This document shows positions 9,929-19,693 of a DNA stretch of 64,000 nt, in pieces. Origin of the DNA: an uncultured Candidatus Saccharibacteria bacterium (GTDB taxonomy: Bacteria > Patescibacteriota > UBA1384 > CAILIB01); contig CAZQKK010000002.1 in assembly GCA_964593885.1 (NCBI GenBank), forward strand, positions 157,204 through 221,203, given 5' to 3'. The translations under genes were made by a program, and so were the position numbers. The first letter of the stretch is position 1. The number at the start of each line of letters is the position of its first letter. The notes beneath the pieces were generated by a model that worked only from the letters and a program-made list of their open reading frames with translations, was not told the origin of the DNA and searched no databases.

Positions 9929-11104
9929 ATGCCTCCTACTGCTCTCAACGTCCCAGCCCCCAGCGTCCTCGCCATTTGCCCGTACTTCTCCCAGTGCGGA
10001 GGTTGCGAGTGCCAGGATGTGAGCTACGCAGATCAACTTGCCGCCAAACAGCAGTGGCTCACCGATCTCTTCGCCCCACTCAAGCCGCGTAATGTGCTAC
10101 CTATCTTGGGATCAGGCACAGAGTATCCTGTCTTTTTTAGGAACAAGATTAGGTTCAGCTTCATTGAGAGCGAAGGTATGGTCTGGCCTTCTCGCCACCC
10201 TAAAGGCTCCTCAAAAGCCGATATTCCCGTAGAAAAGTGCTTCCTCCACTCAGAGGAGGCAAACCGGATCATTCGGGCAACTGCAGCACACGCCACCACC
10301 CACAACTGGAGTCTCTACAACCCAGAAACCGGGAGTGGTTGGCTGAAACACCTCCTGATCAGGCAAGGGAAGGCAACGGGCGAGCTGATGGTGGTTGCCA
10401 TCACCGACCAGAGTCCCATCCCAGGGCTTAAGGACTGGATCTCAGTAATTACCACGGCAGCCCCTGTGACGAGCATCTACCAGGGAACTAGCTGGGGGAA
10501 AGAGCTCACCACCATTACCGATGTCCACCTCTGGGGCGATACCTGTATCCACGAGAAGATTGGCGAATACACCTTTGCCATTTCACCCCAGGCGTTCTTC
10601 CAAACCAACAGCGAGATGGTGTCCACCCTCTACGATGCAGTCTCTCGGGCTGCTGGAAGTGGCGCCACACTGTATGACCTCTACGCAGGCTCAGCCACCA
10701 TTGGCTGCTACCTCAGCAAACAGTTTGAGAAAGTCCACTCCATTGAGGTGAACTCAAGCAACGTTACCGATGCTACCGAGAACCTCGCCCTCAACGACGT
10801 TACTAACGTGCAGGTGCACGAAGGCCTCGTAGAGGACGTGGTAACCTCAGCGTTCATCCGTGAGCATGGCGCCCCAGACTGCGTAGTGGTAGATCCTCCA
10901 CGAGCTGGCCTCCACGTGAGGACCCGCCAGCTCCTCATAGGACTCAACCTCAAGAAACTCGTCTACGTCTCATGTAACCCGCTGACCGCCTTACGCGACA
11001 TGCAAGAGCTTACAAAAGCGGGATATGCCCTAGAGAGTCTCCAGCCTGTGGATATGTTCCCTCACAGCTGGCACGCCGAACTGGTTGCGGTACTGACAAA
11101 GTAG
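9929..11104 (+). CDS. rlmD: 23S rRNA (uracil-C5)-methyltransferase RlmD/RumA family
   Basis: 391 aa. N-terminal Cys cluster CPYFSQCGGCECQ (4Fe-4S/TRAM). SAM motif DLYAGSATIG. VVDPPRAGL. Catalytic YVSCNP. Confidence 0.8.
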   Translation: MPPTALNVPAPSVLAICPYFSQCGGCECQDVSYADQLAAKQQWLTDLFAPLKPRNVLPILGSGTEYPVFFRNKIRFSFIESEGMVWPSRHPKGSSKADIPVEKCFLHSEEANRIIRATAAHATTHNWSLYNPETGSGWLKHLLIRQGKATGELMVVAITDQSPIPGLKDWISVITTAAPVTSIYQGTSWGKELTTITDVHLWGDTCIHEKIGEYTFAISPQAFFQTNSEMVSTLYDAVSRAAGSGATLYDLYAGSATIGCYLSKQFEKVHSIEVNSSNVTDATENLALNDVTNVQVHEGLVEDVVTSAFIREHGAPDCVVVDPPRAGLHVRTRQLLIGLNLKKLVYVSCNPLTALRDMQELTKAGYALESLQPVDMFPHSWHAELVAVLTK

Positions 11105-11133
11105 CTTGGTATTGCGCTCTGGTAGGGCTCGCC

Positions 11134-11147
11134 CGAACACCCGTTCG
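11134..11147. promoter_or_regulatory. LexA operator (Cheo-box type CGAAC-N4-GTTCG)
   Basis: Perfect inverted repeat cgaacacccgttcg about 75 nt upstream of lexA ATG. A TTGACA at 11168-11173 lies just downstream. Confidence 0.6.
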
Positions 11148-11221
11148 TAGTGTGTTTGGTCTGGATATTGACATTATCGCTTTTTGTTCGGTATTGTAGG
11201 TGCATACCGTAAACCACTCGT

Positions 11222-11827
11222 ATGGAACCACTCACCAAACGACAAGCCGAGATCCTCAAGTACGTTTCTGACCATATCGAGGACCAAGGGTACGCCCCAA
11301 GCTACCGCGAGATTTGCAGTCACTTTGGTCTGTCATCTACAGCTACCGTGGCAGAGCACATTGAGACCCTCAAAATGAAGGGCTACCTCCACCAAGAAGA
11401 GAACCTCGCCCGCTCTATCCAAATTGCCGCCAACCCAGGTGAGATTGCCACTGGCTTTGCCAGCATTCCACTCCTCGGCTGCATTGCTGCTGGTAGACCA
11501 ATTGAGGCTATCGCCACAGAAGAAACCATTGATATCCCACGAGACATGGGTGGTCACAACGTCTACGCCCTCAGGGTAAAGGGACAGTCCATGATTGACG
11601 ATGGCATCCTCGACAATGACTACGTCATCATTGAGCAAACCCGCGTTGCCAGAAACGGCGATATTGTCGTAGCCCTCGTAGACCACGACAGCGTTACCCT
11701 CAAGCGGTTCTACAAAGAGAAAGACCATGTCAGGCTGCAACCTGCAAACTCCACCATGAACCCTATGTTCTTCAAGAAAGTTGCCATTCAAGGAAAGGTA
11801 AAGGGACTCATCCGTAAGTTTGCCTAA
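11222..11827 (+). CDS. lexA: SOS repressor LexA
   Basis: 201 aa. Winged-helix N-terminus LTKRQAEILKYVSDHIEDQGYAPSYREI. Cleavage site region AAG. S24 peptidase VKGQSMIDDGI...Ser/Lys dyad. Confidence 0.9.
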   Translation: MEPLTKRQAEILKYVSDHIEDQGYAPSYREICSHFGLSSTATVAEHIETLKMKGYLHQEENLARSIQIAANPGEIATGFASIPLLGCIAAGRPIEAIATEETIDIPRDMGGHNVYALRVKGQSMIDDGILDNDYVIIEQTRVARNGDIVVALVDHDSVTLKRFYKEKDHVRLQPANSTMNPMFFKKVAIQGKVKGLIRKFA

Positions 11828-11871
11828 ATCACCAGTTTGACGAACCTGGTAGTTGGCCATACAATGATGGC

Positions 11872-13359
11872 ATGCGAGACATCGTGCCAAAGCGGTTTAC
11901 CCATCACCGTCAGACGGCTGAGGATGTTCTTTTGGTACCTGCAGTTGAGACCACACGCCTCCAAGAAAAGATTCATAAGCTCAACCTATTCTTTGGCCAC
12001 CTAGCTACTCGCTTCAGCGAGCACGACCAAGAAAGTCAGTTTGTCGTCAAAACACCAAAGATCAGGCCAAAGAAGGTTAAGAAGGCACTAACTCCACTCA
12101 AAGTCAGCATCCCGGTTTCGCCAAAAGCTGGCATTGAGAAGGTGAAGAAACACGCTGCGAAGGCTAAACGACACCTCGGTACCCCCATTGGAAAGGTAGC
12201 TGCAGTTAACAGCCTTGCCCTCTTAGCACTTTTTGCCTTTGTGATGCAGCGCCAGGTACCTGCTTCAGATGGCGCCCTAACCCGTGATGTTGGAGCCGCA
12301 ACACAGCAGACACTCAGGCAGTACCAGCCGAGGGTCGGGGTAGTTGCCAACGCCATCGCCCCATTTAACGAAACTGCTGCTACTCAGGAGCGAAAGTTAC
12401 CCCTCTACACCTGGGTAACCCCGTGGAACCTTGATGCAGTTAAGGCTAACCTTGGAAACTACAAGGGACTCTCTGCCTTCTGGGTAACTGTAGGAGAGAA
12501 TGGGAGTGACCTCAGTGCCAAGGGAGATTGGTCAGGTTGGGAGAACCTCATGAGTCAGCGAAAAGAGGGGCAATCAACAGCCATCACCATCAGCGGAGAC
12601 CCAGACTTCACGTACCTCACGCTCAGCAACGCTACCTCCCAGCAAGACTTCATCACCAATGTCTCAAAACTCCTCCAGGATAGGGGAGCCTCTGCCGTAG
12701 ATATCAACTTTGAAGCCCTCGGTTCTGAGAACAAGGAGCTCTTCACCGCTTTCATCAGAAACCTCACCGCTGCCCTCAAACCACAGCAGAAGCAGGTAAT
12801 TGTCACCCTCGAGGCGAGAATTGCCAACCTGGTCCCCATGGACTGGCGTAACCTCGGCCAAATTGCCGACGAGCTCAGGATCATGGCCTACGACTACCAC
12901 GCCAGAACTACCGGCACTCCGGGTCCTATCGCCCCGCTTGGGTGGGTTAAAGAGGTGGTTGACTACGCCGTCAGTCAGGTTGATCCAGGTAAGCTTGTCA
13001 TAGGACTTGGAAACTACGGATACAACTGGGTTGCCCCTGAAGTTGCAGACCAAAGCTGGCAGGGAATTGGCCTCAGCTTTGAACGTGCAACCACTCTTGC
13101 AGGAGAGCTTGAGGTACCTATCCTCAAGGGGAGCGGCATAGATGATAGGGGCTACGACATTGGTACCATTCCATACTTTACCTACACCGACAAAACTGAC
13201 GGAAAAACCCACAGCGTTTGGTTTGAGGACGCAGTTTCGCTCCAGGAAAAAGTCTCGCTCCTCTCCCAGTACCCACTGAAGGGCGTGGTATTCTGGTCTG
13301 TAGGGATTGGGGACTCACAATTCTGGATAAACCGCCAACCAACATCAACCACACCATAA
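11872..13359 (+). CDS. membrane-anchored GH18-family glycosyl hydrolase (YaaH/YdhD-like)
   Basis: 495 aa. One N-terminal TM (AVNSLALLALFAFV). GH18-like DINFEAL catalytic segment, MAYDYHA, VIGLGNYGYNW and C-terminal VVFWSVG. Confidence 0.65.
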   Translation: MRDIVPKRFTHHRQTAEDVLLVPAVETTRLQEKIHKLNLFFGHLATRFSEHDQESQFVVKTPKIRPKKVKKALTPLKVSIPVSPKAGIEKVKKHAAKAKRHLGTPIGKVAAVNSLALLALFAFVMQRQVPASDGALTRDVGAATQQTLRQYQPRVGVVANAIAPFNETAATQERKLPLYTWVTPWNLDAVKANLGNYKGLSAFWVTVGENGSDLSAKGDWSGWENLMSQRKEGQSTAITISGDPDFTYLTLSNATSQQDFITNVSKLLQDRGASAVDINFEALGSENKELFTAFIRNLTAALKPQQKQVIVTLEARIANLVPMDWRNLGQIADELRIMAYDYHARTTGTPGPIAPLGWVKEVVDYAVSQVDPGKLVIGLGNYGYNWVAPEVADQSWQGIGLSFERATTLAGELEVPILKGSGIDDRGYDIGTIPYFTYTDKTDGKTHSVWFEDAVSLQEKVSLLSQYPLKGVVFWSVGIGDSQFWINRQPTSTTP

Positions 13360-13369
13360 CAGCAATTCT

Positions 13370-14236
13370 ATGGCAAAGAGCATTGACGGGCTGAGCAAGC
13401 AGCCAAAAGAGCAGGAAGAAAAGGTAGTAGCCGAGGAAACCAAGGCAGCTGCTGAGGAACCAAAGGAGGCACCAAAGGAGGAGCCTAAAGAAGCTCCTGT
13501 AGAGGAGGCTGCAGAGAAGCCTGTAGAGGAACCCGCTGCTGCTACTGAAGAAAAACCCACTGAAGAGAAGCCAGCGGAAGAGAAGCCTGCCGAAGAGCCA
13601 AAGGATGCAGAGGAAACTCCTGCTGAGGAGCCTGCCGCCACCCCAGCCGAGGCACCAGCAGCTATCCCTCCCGTCTCTCCATCTGCCAAGCCTGAAGGCT
13701 TTGACCTCTTCCCAGAACCCAGTGTTGTGGTTACCGGACCTCCTACATGGCTCTGGTGGTTACTCCTCGTCGCAGGTGCTGCTGCTCTCGGATTCCTCGC
13801 CTACGACCTCACCAGGGGACGAATTGACAACTGGCTCGCTAGTGACAGCCCAACTCCTACGCCAACTGCTAGCGCGTCTGCTTCCACCTCACCTGAGGCT
13901 AGCCCAACAGCAACCGCAACAGCCACTGCCACCCCCACACCAAGCGCAAGCACTACAACTGTTGATAAAACCAAGGTAACACTCAGGGTTCTTAACGGTA
14001 CCACCAAAGCTGGTGCTGCTGCAGCCACAAAGACAACCCTTGAGAAAGCTGGTTTCACCGTAAAGAGCATCGGCAACGCCAAGAGCCAAAACTACACCAA
14101 AACCTACGTCTACTACGCAGCTGGTAAGAAAGCTGAGGGTGAATCAGTCTTCGCAGCCCTCGCTGATAGCGCCGCCGTGCTTGAAGAGTCTACCTTGGCT
14201 AGTCCAGATATGGTGCTCGTGGTATTCGGGAAGTAA
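13370..14236 (+). CDS. LytR_C (cell-envelope-related) domain protein with Pro/Glu/Ala-rich N-terminus and one TM
   Basis: 288 aa. Low-complexity EEPKEAPKEEPKEAP region. TM LWWLLLVAGAAALGFLAY. Thr/Ala/Pro linker. C-terminal KVTLRVLNGTTKAGAAAATKTTLEKAGFTV matches LytR C-terminal domain pattern. Confidence 0.5.
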   Translation: MAKSIDGLSKQPKEQEEKVVAEETKAAAEEPKEAPKEEPKEAPVEEAAEKPVEEPAAATEEKPTEEKPAEEKPAEEPKDAEETPAEEPAATPAEAPAAIPPVSPSAKPEGFDLFPEPSVVVTGPPTWLWWLLLVAGAAALGFLAYDLTRGRIDNWLASDSPTPTPTASASASTSPEASPTATATATATPTPSASTTTVDKTKVTLRVLNGTTKAGAAAATKTTLEKAGFTVKSIGNAKSQNYTKTYVYYAAGKKAEGESVFAALADSAAVLEESTLASPDMVLVVFGK

Positions 14237-14238
14237 CC

Positions 14239-15387
14239 ATGAAGTTTAGCTTCCCTCCCATCAAGCTTCCTAACCTCACAAAGAAGGAGTGGATCATTGT
14301 TGGGGTAGGAGGAGGGGTTATTTTCCTTGGAATCGCAGGCGCCACCGTCTACGCCTACATTCAGCACCGGGACACCGTTACCACCTGCACGGGGTCAAAC
14401 TGCAAAACCATCACCACAGATGACGGAAAGGTCATCACCGTCAACGCAAGTCCAACACCAGCACCCACCCCAACCTTACTCCCAAGCAAACTCAATGGGG
14501 CGATGGTAGCCGAAGGGAGCGAGGCACTTCGACCCCTTGCTGTGATGATTGAGAATCACCCCGATGCTCGCCCACAATCGGGCCTCAGCAAAGCCAGCGT
14601 GGTGTACGAAGCAATTGCAGAGGGTGGCATCACCCGCTTCATGGCAGTCTTTGGCGATGCTAGGACATCAGTGAGGGTAGGACCTGTGAGGAGTGCCAGG
14701 CCTTACTTTGTAGACTTTGCAACAGAGTACAAGGCCTTCTACGCCCACGTAGGTGGTAACGCCAACGCCCTCGACCAAATCAAGGCAACAGGTGTCTATG
14801 ACCTCGACCAATTTGGCCTCGGAGAGCCTACTTACAAGCGTGATTTCAGCCGGAACGTCGCCACTGAGCACACCATGTACAGCAGCACCGACAAGCTCTG
14901 GGATGCCGCAACGGTAAAGCGTGGGTGGGGGACTAACGCCGAGTACGATAGCTGGAACTTCGCTGACGATGCCAGTAGCGATACGAGACCCGTTACCCAA
15001 ACAGTTACCGTCAACTTCTCTACCCCAAGCTTCCTCGTTGACTGGCAGTACAGTCCAACCACCAACAGCTACTCCAGGGTTATGGGAGGAAAAGCTCACG
15101 TTGACGCCATCGACAACCAGCAGATCACCGCTAAAAATATCGTCCTCCAAACTGTCACCCGTACCCCTCTCACCACGAGAATCAACGAGCATGGCTGGCT
15201 CATGCAACTCACCGGCTCTGGTAAAGCTCTTGTAATTCAGAACGGGAAGGCCACAGAAGCCACCTGGAAGAAAACAGGGACTGGGCGAACTCGCTACTAC
15301 AACGCTGCGGGAGATGAGATCTCTCTCATCCGTGGACTTACCTGGATTTCAATGGTCCACCCCGATACAACTGTTACCGTAAAGTAA
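14239..15387 (+). CDS. DUF3048-family (YerB-like) exported protein
   Basis: 382 aa. N-terminal TM/signal anchor. LAVMIENHPDARPQSGLSKASVVYEAIAEGGITRFMAVF resembles the DUF3048 N-domain. Confidence 0.5.
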   Translation: MKFSFPPIKLPNLTKKEWIIVGVGGGVIFLGIAGATVYAYIQHRDTVTTCTGSNCKTITTDDGKVITVNASPTPAPTPTLLPSKLNGAMVAEGSEALRPLAVMIENHPDARPQSGLSKASVVYEAIAEGGITRFMAVFGDARTSVRVGPVRSARPYFVDFATEYKAFYAHVGGNANALDQIKATGVYDLDQFGLGEPTYKRDFSRNVATEHTMYSSTDKLWDAATVKRGWGTNAEYDSWNFADDASSDTRPVTQTVTVNFSTPSFLVDWQYSPTTNSYSRVMGGKAHVDAIDNQQITAKNIVLQTVTRTPLTTRINEHGWLMQLTGSGKALVIQNGKATEATWKKTGTGRTRYYNAAGDEISLIRGLTWISMVHPDTTVTVK

Positions 15388-15420
15388 CAAAAAAACCGCC
15401 CCGAAAGGCGGTTTTTTCTT
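15388..15420. terminator. bidirectional rho-independent terminator
   Basis: aaaaaaaccgccccgaaaggcggtttttt between convergent genes. Confidence 0.7.
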
Positions 15421-15434
15421 GAGGTACCTTACTT

Positions 15435-16304
15435 CTAGTTAAAGAGGTGGAGGTACTTCTTGTATGTACCCTTTTTGTATGTGGTCCATGGCTGGAAACC
15501 ACGACGTTTGTAGTAGGTACGAGCAGCAATACGAAGGTTTTCAATTGGGTCGTAAATCGCAGCGCCGTACACCTTAAAGCCTTTGTGGATCTGCATGAGT
15601 CCGTGGTCGTCGGTGTGACTTACGCGGTCGGCAGTCAAGCCACTTTCTGCCATTCCAATGGCCATTGCAATCTTCCAGTCGCTTCCAAACTCCTCAACGA
15701 AGTATGGTTTCAGGTAAGCGATACGCTCCTGAAGGTTTCCTGAAAGCTTAGGACTTGTAACCCTCGCTGCAGCTGCAGCATCTGGGGTATTTACGTTAGC
15801 CTTAGCAACGGTTTTGGTAGTTTTTACCGTTTTAGCTACGAGCTTTTGGGCAGCAGCCTCAGCCTCGGCCTTTATGCGAGCTTCCTCGGCAGCCTTAGCA
15901 ATTGCCTCGTCATGGTAGCTAGTACCAGGCTCAACAACAGCAAGACTGTAGGTTGCAGGCGCAAAGAGCGGCTGATCTACGGTAAAGGTAGCAGAAGGAG
16001 AGAGTGTGCCCGCTACGTTAAGCGGGACTACCACTAAGGGGTCTGCATCATCGCCCAATACCACTGCTGCATGAGCAATGTCGCCGTGCATCGGAATGGG
16101 AGCGGTAATAATACGCGCCACCAAGAGGTGCAAGGCAACCCTTCGTGCGGTTGAAACCGTACTAAGAGCTGGACGTTCTGCAAATTGCTGGGCTTTGTGC
16201 CCTAAGAGAAGTAAACTTCTCTGTGCCCCCCGTTTGATACGTGGAAAAATCATACGAGGGGAATAATAACATGTATTGCGTAATTTGTCAATCCTCAAAG
16301 ACAA
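15435..16304 (-). CDS. lytic transglycosylase (SLT/lysozyme-like domain) protein
   Basis: 289 aa. C-terminal AMAIGMAESGL...GLMQI catalytic-Glu region typical of SLT domain. Start uncertain. Confidence 0.55.
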   Translation of the reverse strand: MSLRIDKLRNTCYYSPRMIFPRIKRGAQRSLLLLGHKAQQFAERPALSTVSTARRVALHLLVARIITAPIPMHGDIAHAAVVLGDDADPLVVVPLNVAGTLSPSATFTVDQPLFAPATYSLAVVEPGTSYHDEAIAKAAEEARIKAEAEAAAQKLVAKTVKTTKTVAKANVNTPDAAAAARVTSPKLSGNLQERIAYLKPYFVEEFGSDWKIAMAIGMAESGLTADRVSHTDDHGLMQIHKGFKVYGAAIYDPIENLRIAARTYYKRRGFQPWTTYKKGTYKKYLHLFN

Positions 16305-16371
16305 TATTTAGGAATGTTTACCTATAATACATAAGTGTATTTTCAGGTTTGCATGTTATAGTAATTCCACC

Positions 16372-16821
16372 ATGGCACCAGAGCGCGACACCGATAGATT
16401 CAGGACTAACCAGTGGCTTGCAGACTACCTGCAAGAGCTTTACCTTAATCACTACACCGACGTGCCGATTCCCAACAAGTTAGTGGTAAAGTTTGGGCGA
16501 AAGAGCAGGAACAGGTTTGGTAGCATCATCGCCAAGACAGACCATACTACTGGCAAACTAGTTACCTACATTGCCATCAACCACCTCTTCAGAGACCCAG
16601 AGGTCCCAGATTACGTTATCGGTGCTACCCTCATGCACGAGTTCGCCCACTACGCCCACGGTTTTCATTCGCCCCTCCCACGCAAATACCAACACCCTCA
16701 CCGCGGTGGCATCGTGGATAAGGAGATAATCAGTAGGGGAGGTGGTGAACTGCTCAAGTTGCAGGAAAAGTGGGTCAAAGAAGTGTACCGCGACTTCCTC
16801 AAGAAACGCGGAATGCTGTAA
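16372..16821 (+). CDS. HExxH zinc-metallopeptidase-like protein (SprT/DUF45-like)
   Basis: 149 aa. LMHEFAHYAHGFH motif. Confidence 0.45.
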   Translation: MAPERDTDRFRTNQWLADYLQELYLNHYTDVPIPNKLVVKFGRKSRNRFGSIIAKTDHTTGKLVTYIAINHLFRDPEVPDYVIGATLMHEFAHYAHGFHSPLPRKYQHPHRGGIVDKEIISRGGGELLKLQEKWVKEVYRDFLKKRGML

Positions 16822-16906
16822 GAACCTTGCAGGAGCCTTCTAAATCAGCTACAATCCTCTTGTTACATTACATCTACCTACCTCCTCTACTAGTTACTGA
16901 GATTCC

Positions 16907-17098
16907 ATGATTGTTACCCGCAAGGAAAAGGAAACAAACCAGCAGGTGCTCCGCCGCTTCAACCGCCTTACCCAACAGGATCCAAAGTTGAAGAAGGTCA
17001 GAGACCTCAAACACTTCCTCAAGGAAGCAACAAGGTTTGCCCGCAAGCGTAGCGCCGTTCGTAAAGAGCAGCTCCGCAAAACCAGAGTTTGGTACTAA
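16907..17098 (+). CDS. rpsU: 30S ribosomal protein S21
   Basis: 63 aa, very basic. VLRRFNRLTQQDPKLKKVRDLKHF resembles S21 (ALRRFKR...). Confidence 0.65.
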   Translation: MIVTRKEKETNQQVLRRFNRLTQQDPKLKKVRDLKHFLKEATRFARKRSAVRKEQLRKTRVWY

Positions 17099-17108
17099 CC
17101 AACACCCC

Positions 17109-17558
17109 ATGGCCCTTACCCAGCACATTCTCGCTGAACTAAAGGATGCCATGCTCACTCGCCAGTCTGAGAAGACTGGCGTTTTGCGCATGCTCCAGGC
17201 AGAACTGAAGAACACCCAGATTAAACTTGGGCATGACCTCTCAGATGATGAGGTTATCCAGGTGATCAGGAAAGAGGTAAAGAAGCGCCAGGAGAGCGCC
17301 TCACTCTACACCACCCACGGCCAAGCCGAACGCGCCGCCACTGAAACTTCAGAGGCAGAGCTACTCAGCTCATACCTTCCGGCCCAGGTTTCACCTGAAG
17401 TCCTTGCTGCATTCCTCAAAGCTGAAATTGACGCCGCTGGTGGTACCTTTGTTCCTGCCATGCAAGGGACGCTCATTAAGGCAGCCCTCGCCAAGTTTGG
17501 TAACCAGGTAGATGGTCGCCAGGTAAGCGAAGCTCTCACCTCACTCAAGCAGGGCTAG
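17109..17558 (+). CDS. yqeY: GatB/YqeY domain protein
   Basis: MALTQHILAELKDAMLTRQSEKTGVLRMLQAELKN matches YqeY N-terminus. Start chosen at ATG 17109 rather than the S21-overlapping 17037. Confidence 0.75.
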   Translation: MALTQHILAELKDAMLTRQSEKTGVLRMLQAELKNTQIKLGHDLSDDEVIQVIRKEVKKRQESASLYTTHGQAERAATETSEAELLSSYLPAQVSPEVLAAFLKAEIDAAGGTFVPAMQGTLIKAALAKFGNQVDGRQVSEALTSLKQG

Positions 17559-17559
17559 T

Positions 17560-18018
17560 ATGGCCCTCGTTGTTCTCGACGCTGAGTCACTAGGTTTGCA
17601 AGCTGGTTTTCTTGATGCCCTCCAAGAAGTTGTGAGCAACCAGTTTGACTTCAAGCATCTCTCCTACACCGTGGAGGTCTCAAACTTGGACGAAGCAACC
17701 ATGAGGGAGCTCAACCGTGAGAGGCGTAGCAAAGATGCTGCAACAGATGTCCTCAGCTTCCCATTGTTTGCCAGTCTCACTGAGATTCTTGAGCAACAGA
17801 CACCTGAGGTACCTCTTGGCAACCTGGTAACCTGCCTTTCATACGCAAGCAAGCAGCAAACCGCTCCAGAAGAGCTCATCCTCCACGGGTGTCTCCACCT
17901 CCTTGGACTTGACCACGAAACAGACCTTGCAACCTGGTTGAATCAAGAGCAAGCTAGTATTGCAGCCCTTAAAGAGAAGGGCTTCACTCTTACCGGCATT
18001 GAGAAAGGGTACCTATGA
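17560..18018 (+). CDS. ybeY: rRNA maturation endoribonuclease YbeY
   Basis: 152 aa. ILHGCLHLLGLDHE = H3xH5xH zinc motif. Confidence 0.85.
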   Translation: MALVVLDAESLGLQAGFLDALQEVVSNQFDFKHLSYTVEVSNLDEATMRELNRERRSKDAATDVLSFPLFASLTEILEQQTPEVPLGNLVTCLSYASKQQTAPEELILHGCLHLLGLDHETDLATWLNQEQASIAALKEKGFTLTGIEKGYL

Positions 18019-18386
18019 CCAAGTTCAGTTACAAAAAGTTCTTCAAGAGCTTCTACTACGCATTCCGGGGCATGGTAACCCTCATCGAGACTGAACAGAA
18101 CGCTCGCATCCACGCGATGCTGATGATTTTTGCTGGAATCTGCGCTGTAGCCTTTCAAGTTGAGAACACCGAAGCCGCCCTCCTCTTCTTCGCCTTCGTC
18201 CTCGTGTTCGCCATTGAGATCATCAATACAGCTGTTGAAAAGCTCCTAGACCTGGTTCACCCTGAAAGCCACAGTCAGATTGCCTTCATCAAAGATGCGC
18301 TTGCAGGAGCCGTTCTCATCGCTGCCATCATCGCCGGCATGGTATTTGTCCTGGTTTTCTACCCGTACGTCAAAGAGCTACTCTGA
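18015..18386 (+). CDS. dgkA: diacylglycerol/undecaprenol kinase DgkA family
   Basis: 123 aa, three TM. NARIHAMLMIFAG and EIINTAVEKLLDLVHPE. ATGA overlap with ybeY, as in Firmicute ybeY-dgkA operons. Confidence 0.75.
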   Translation: MTKFSYKKFFKSFYYAFRGMVTLIETEQNARIHAMLMIFAGICAVAFQVENTEAALLFFAFVLVFAIEIINTAVEKLLDLVHPESHSQIAFIKDALAGAVLIAAIIAGMVFVLVFYPYVKELL

Positions 18387-18396
18387 TCGCTACCTG

Positions 18397-18425
18397 TTGT
18401 CATCTTTGGATAAGCTCCGTATACT
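18397..18425 (+). promoter_or_regulatory. candidate promoter TTGTCA-N17-TATACT; predicted TSS coincides with ftsA ATG (leaderless)
   Basis: ttgtca 18397-18402, 17-nt spacer, tatact 18420-18425, ATG at 18432. Confidence 0.4.
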
Positions 18426-18431
18426 AGCCAT

Positions 18432-19670
18432 ATGAGTCAGAGAAACGTAGTAGTTGGCATTGACGTTGGCAGCACCAAGATTGCCACGGTAATCGGTCAA
18501 CACCAAGAGAACGGTATCGATATTATCGGCGTTGGGTTCGCCCCATCAAACGGCCTCCGCAAGGGGATGGTTGTAGATATTGAGGAAACCGTTTCTTCAA
18601 TTTCAGCGTCACTAGAAGAAGCAGAGCGCATGAGCGGCCTTCCTGTTACGGAAGCCGTTGTTTCTATTGGGGGAGTCCACATTCAGGCAACCAGCTCTAA
18701 GGGAATTGTGGCAATTTCGCGCCAAGATGGCGAAATCACCGATAATGACACCCTCCGCGTCCTAGATGCAGCTAAGTCTGTCAGCGTTCCACCAAACCGT
18801 GAGATCCTCCACGCCATTCCACGCGCCTACATTGTTGATGGCCAGGAGAGCATCAAGGATCCAGTTGGCATGACAGGTATTAGGCTTGAGGTAGACACCC
18901 AGGTAGTAAGCGGGGCCACTGCTCCCGTAAAGAACCTGGCAAAGTGCCTCGCCCAAGCAGGGGTTACCGTTACCGACATGATTTTCACCCCTCTCGCTGA
19001 TGCAGCTGCCGTTCTCTCAAAGCGCCAGAAAGAAATTGGGGTTGCCTTGGTAGACATTGGCGGAGGCACCACCAGCTACGCTCTCTATGAAGAAGGGGTT
19101 ATCCTCCACGCCGGAGTTCTTCCTATTGGCGCCACCCACATCACCAACGACATTGCCATTGGCCTCAGGACTTCTATTGATATCGCTGAGATGATTAAGG
19201 TGCACCACGGTGTTGCCACCCCAGAGAAGGTAGACCCAGATAAGGTACTCCAGCTCAGTAAGCTTGATAAGAACGAAGAGGGAACTGCCAACCTCAAGTA
19301 CGTTTCAGAGATTATTGAAGCTCGCCTCACCGAGATCCTCCACATGATTCGGGACGAGATCAGAAAGATTGGACGCGATGGCATGCTCCCAGCTGGTGTC
19401 GTCTTTACTGGCGGAGGCGCTAAGCAGGTTGGCCTCGTAGAACTTGCCAAGAATACCCTAAGGTTGCCAGCCCAGATTGGGCAGCTCACCCACGATGTTT
19501 CAGGTATGGTTGACAACATATCTGACCCTCTGTATTCTGCAAGTGTCGGACTGATGCTTTGGGGTCTGGAAGCCGGAAATGACGCAAAAAGCTCTAAGAG
19601 CGGAAGTAGCCTCGATTTCGGATCAGCCTTTTCCAAAGCAAAGAACGTCTTCAAGAAAATTCTCCCGTAA
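18432..19670 (+). CDS. ftsA: cell division protein FtsA
   Basis: 412 aa. [17 protein letters not shown] actin-fold phosphate-1. Later [10 protein letters not shown]. Confidence 0.9.
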   Translation: MSQRNVVVGIDVGSTKIATVIGQHQENGIDIIGVGFAPSNGLRKGMVVDIEETVSSISASLEEAERMSGLPVTEAVVSIGGVHIQATSSKGIVAISRQDGEITDNDTLRVLDAAKSVSVPPNREILHAIPRAYIVDGQESIKDPVGMTGIRLEVDTQVVSGATAPVKNLAKCLAQAGVTVTDMIFTPLADAAAVLSKRQKEIGVALVDIGGGTTSYALYEEGVILHAGVLPIGATHITNDIAIGLRTSIDIAEMIKVHHGVATPEKVDPDKVLQLSKLDKNEEGTANLKYVSEIIEARLTEILHMIRDEIRKIGRDGMLPAGVVFTGGGAKQVGLVELAKNTLRLPAQIGQLTHDVSGMVDNISDPLYSASVGLMLWGLEAGNDAKSSKSGSSLDFGSAFSKAKNVFKKILP

Positions 19671-19693
19671 CTACCGTACGGTACCACCCGCCC

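Noticed and set aside
13345-13689. Minus-strand 114-aa Gly/Ala/Ser-rich ORF
   Set aside because: Antisense to the GAA/GCT-repeat region that encodes the Pro/Glu/Ala-rich tail of the LytR_C protein. Low-complexity artefact.
16285-16329. TTGTCA ... TATAAT pair between the SLT and SprT-like genes
   Set aside because: The spacer is about 33 nt, too long for one promoter. A tgttatagt extended -10 closer to the SprT-like gene is more plausible but weak.
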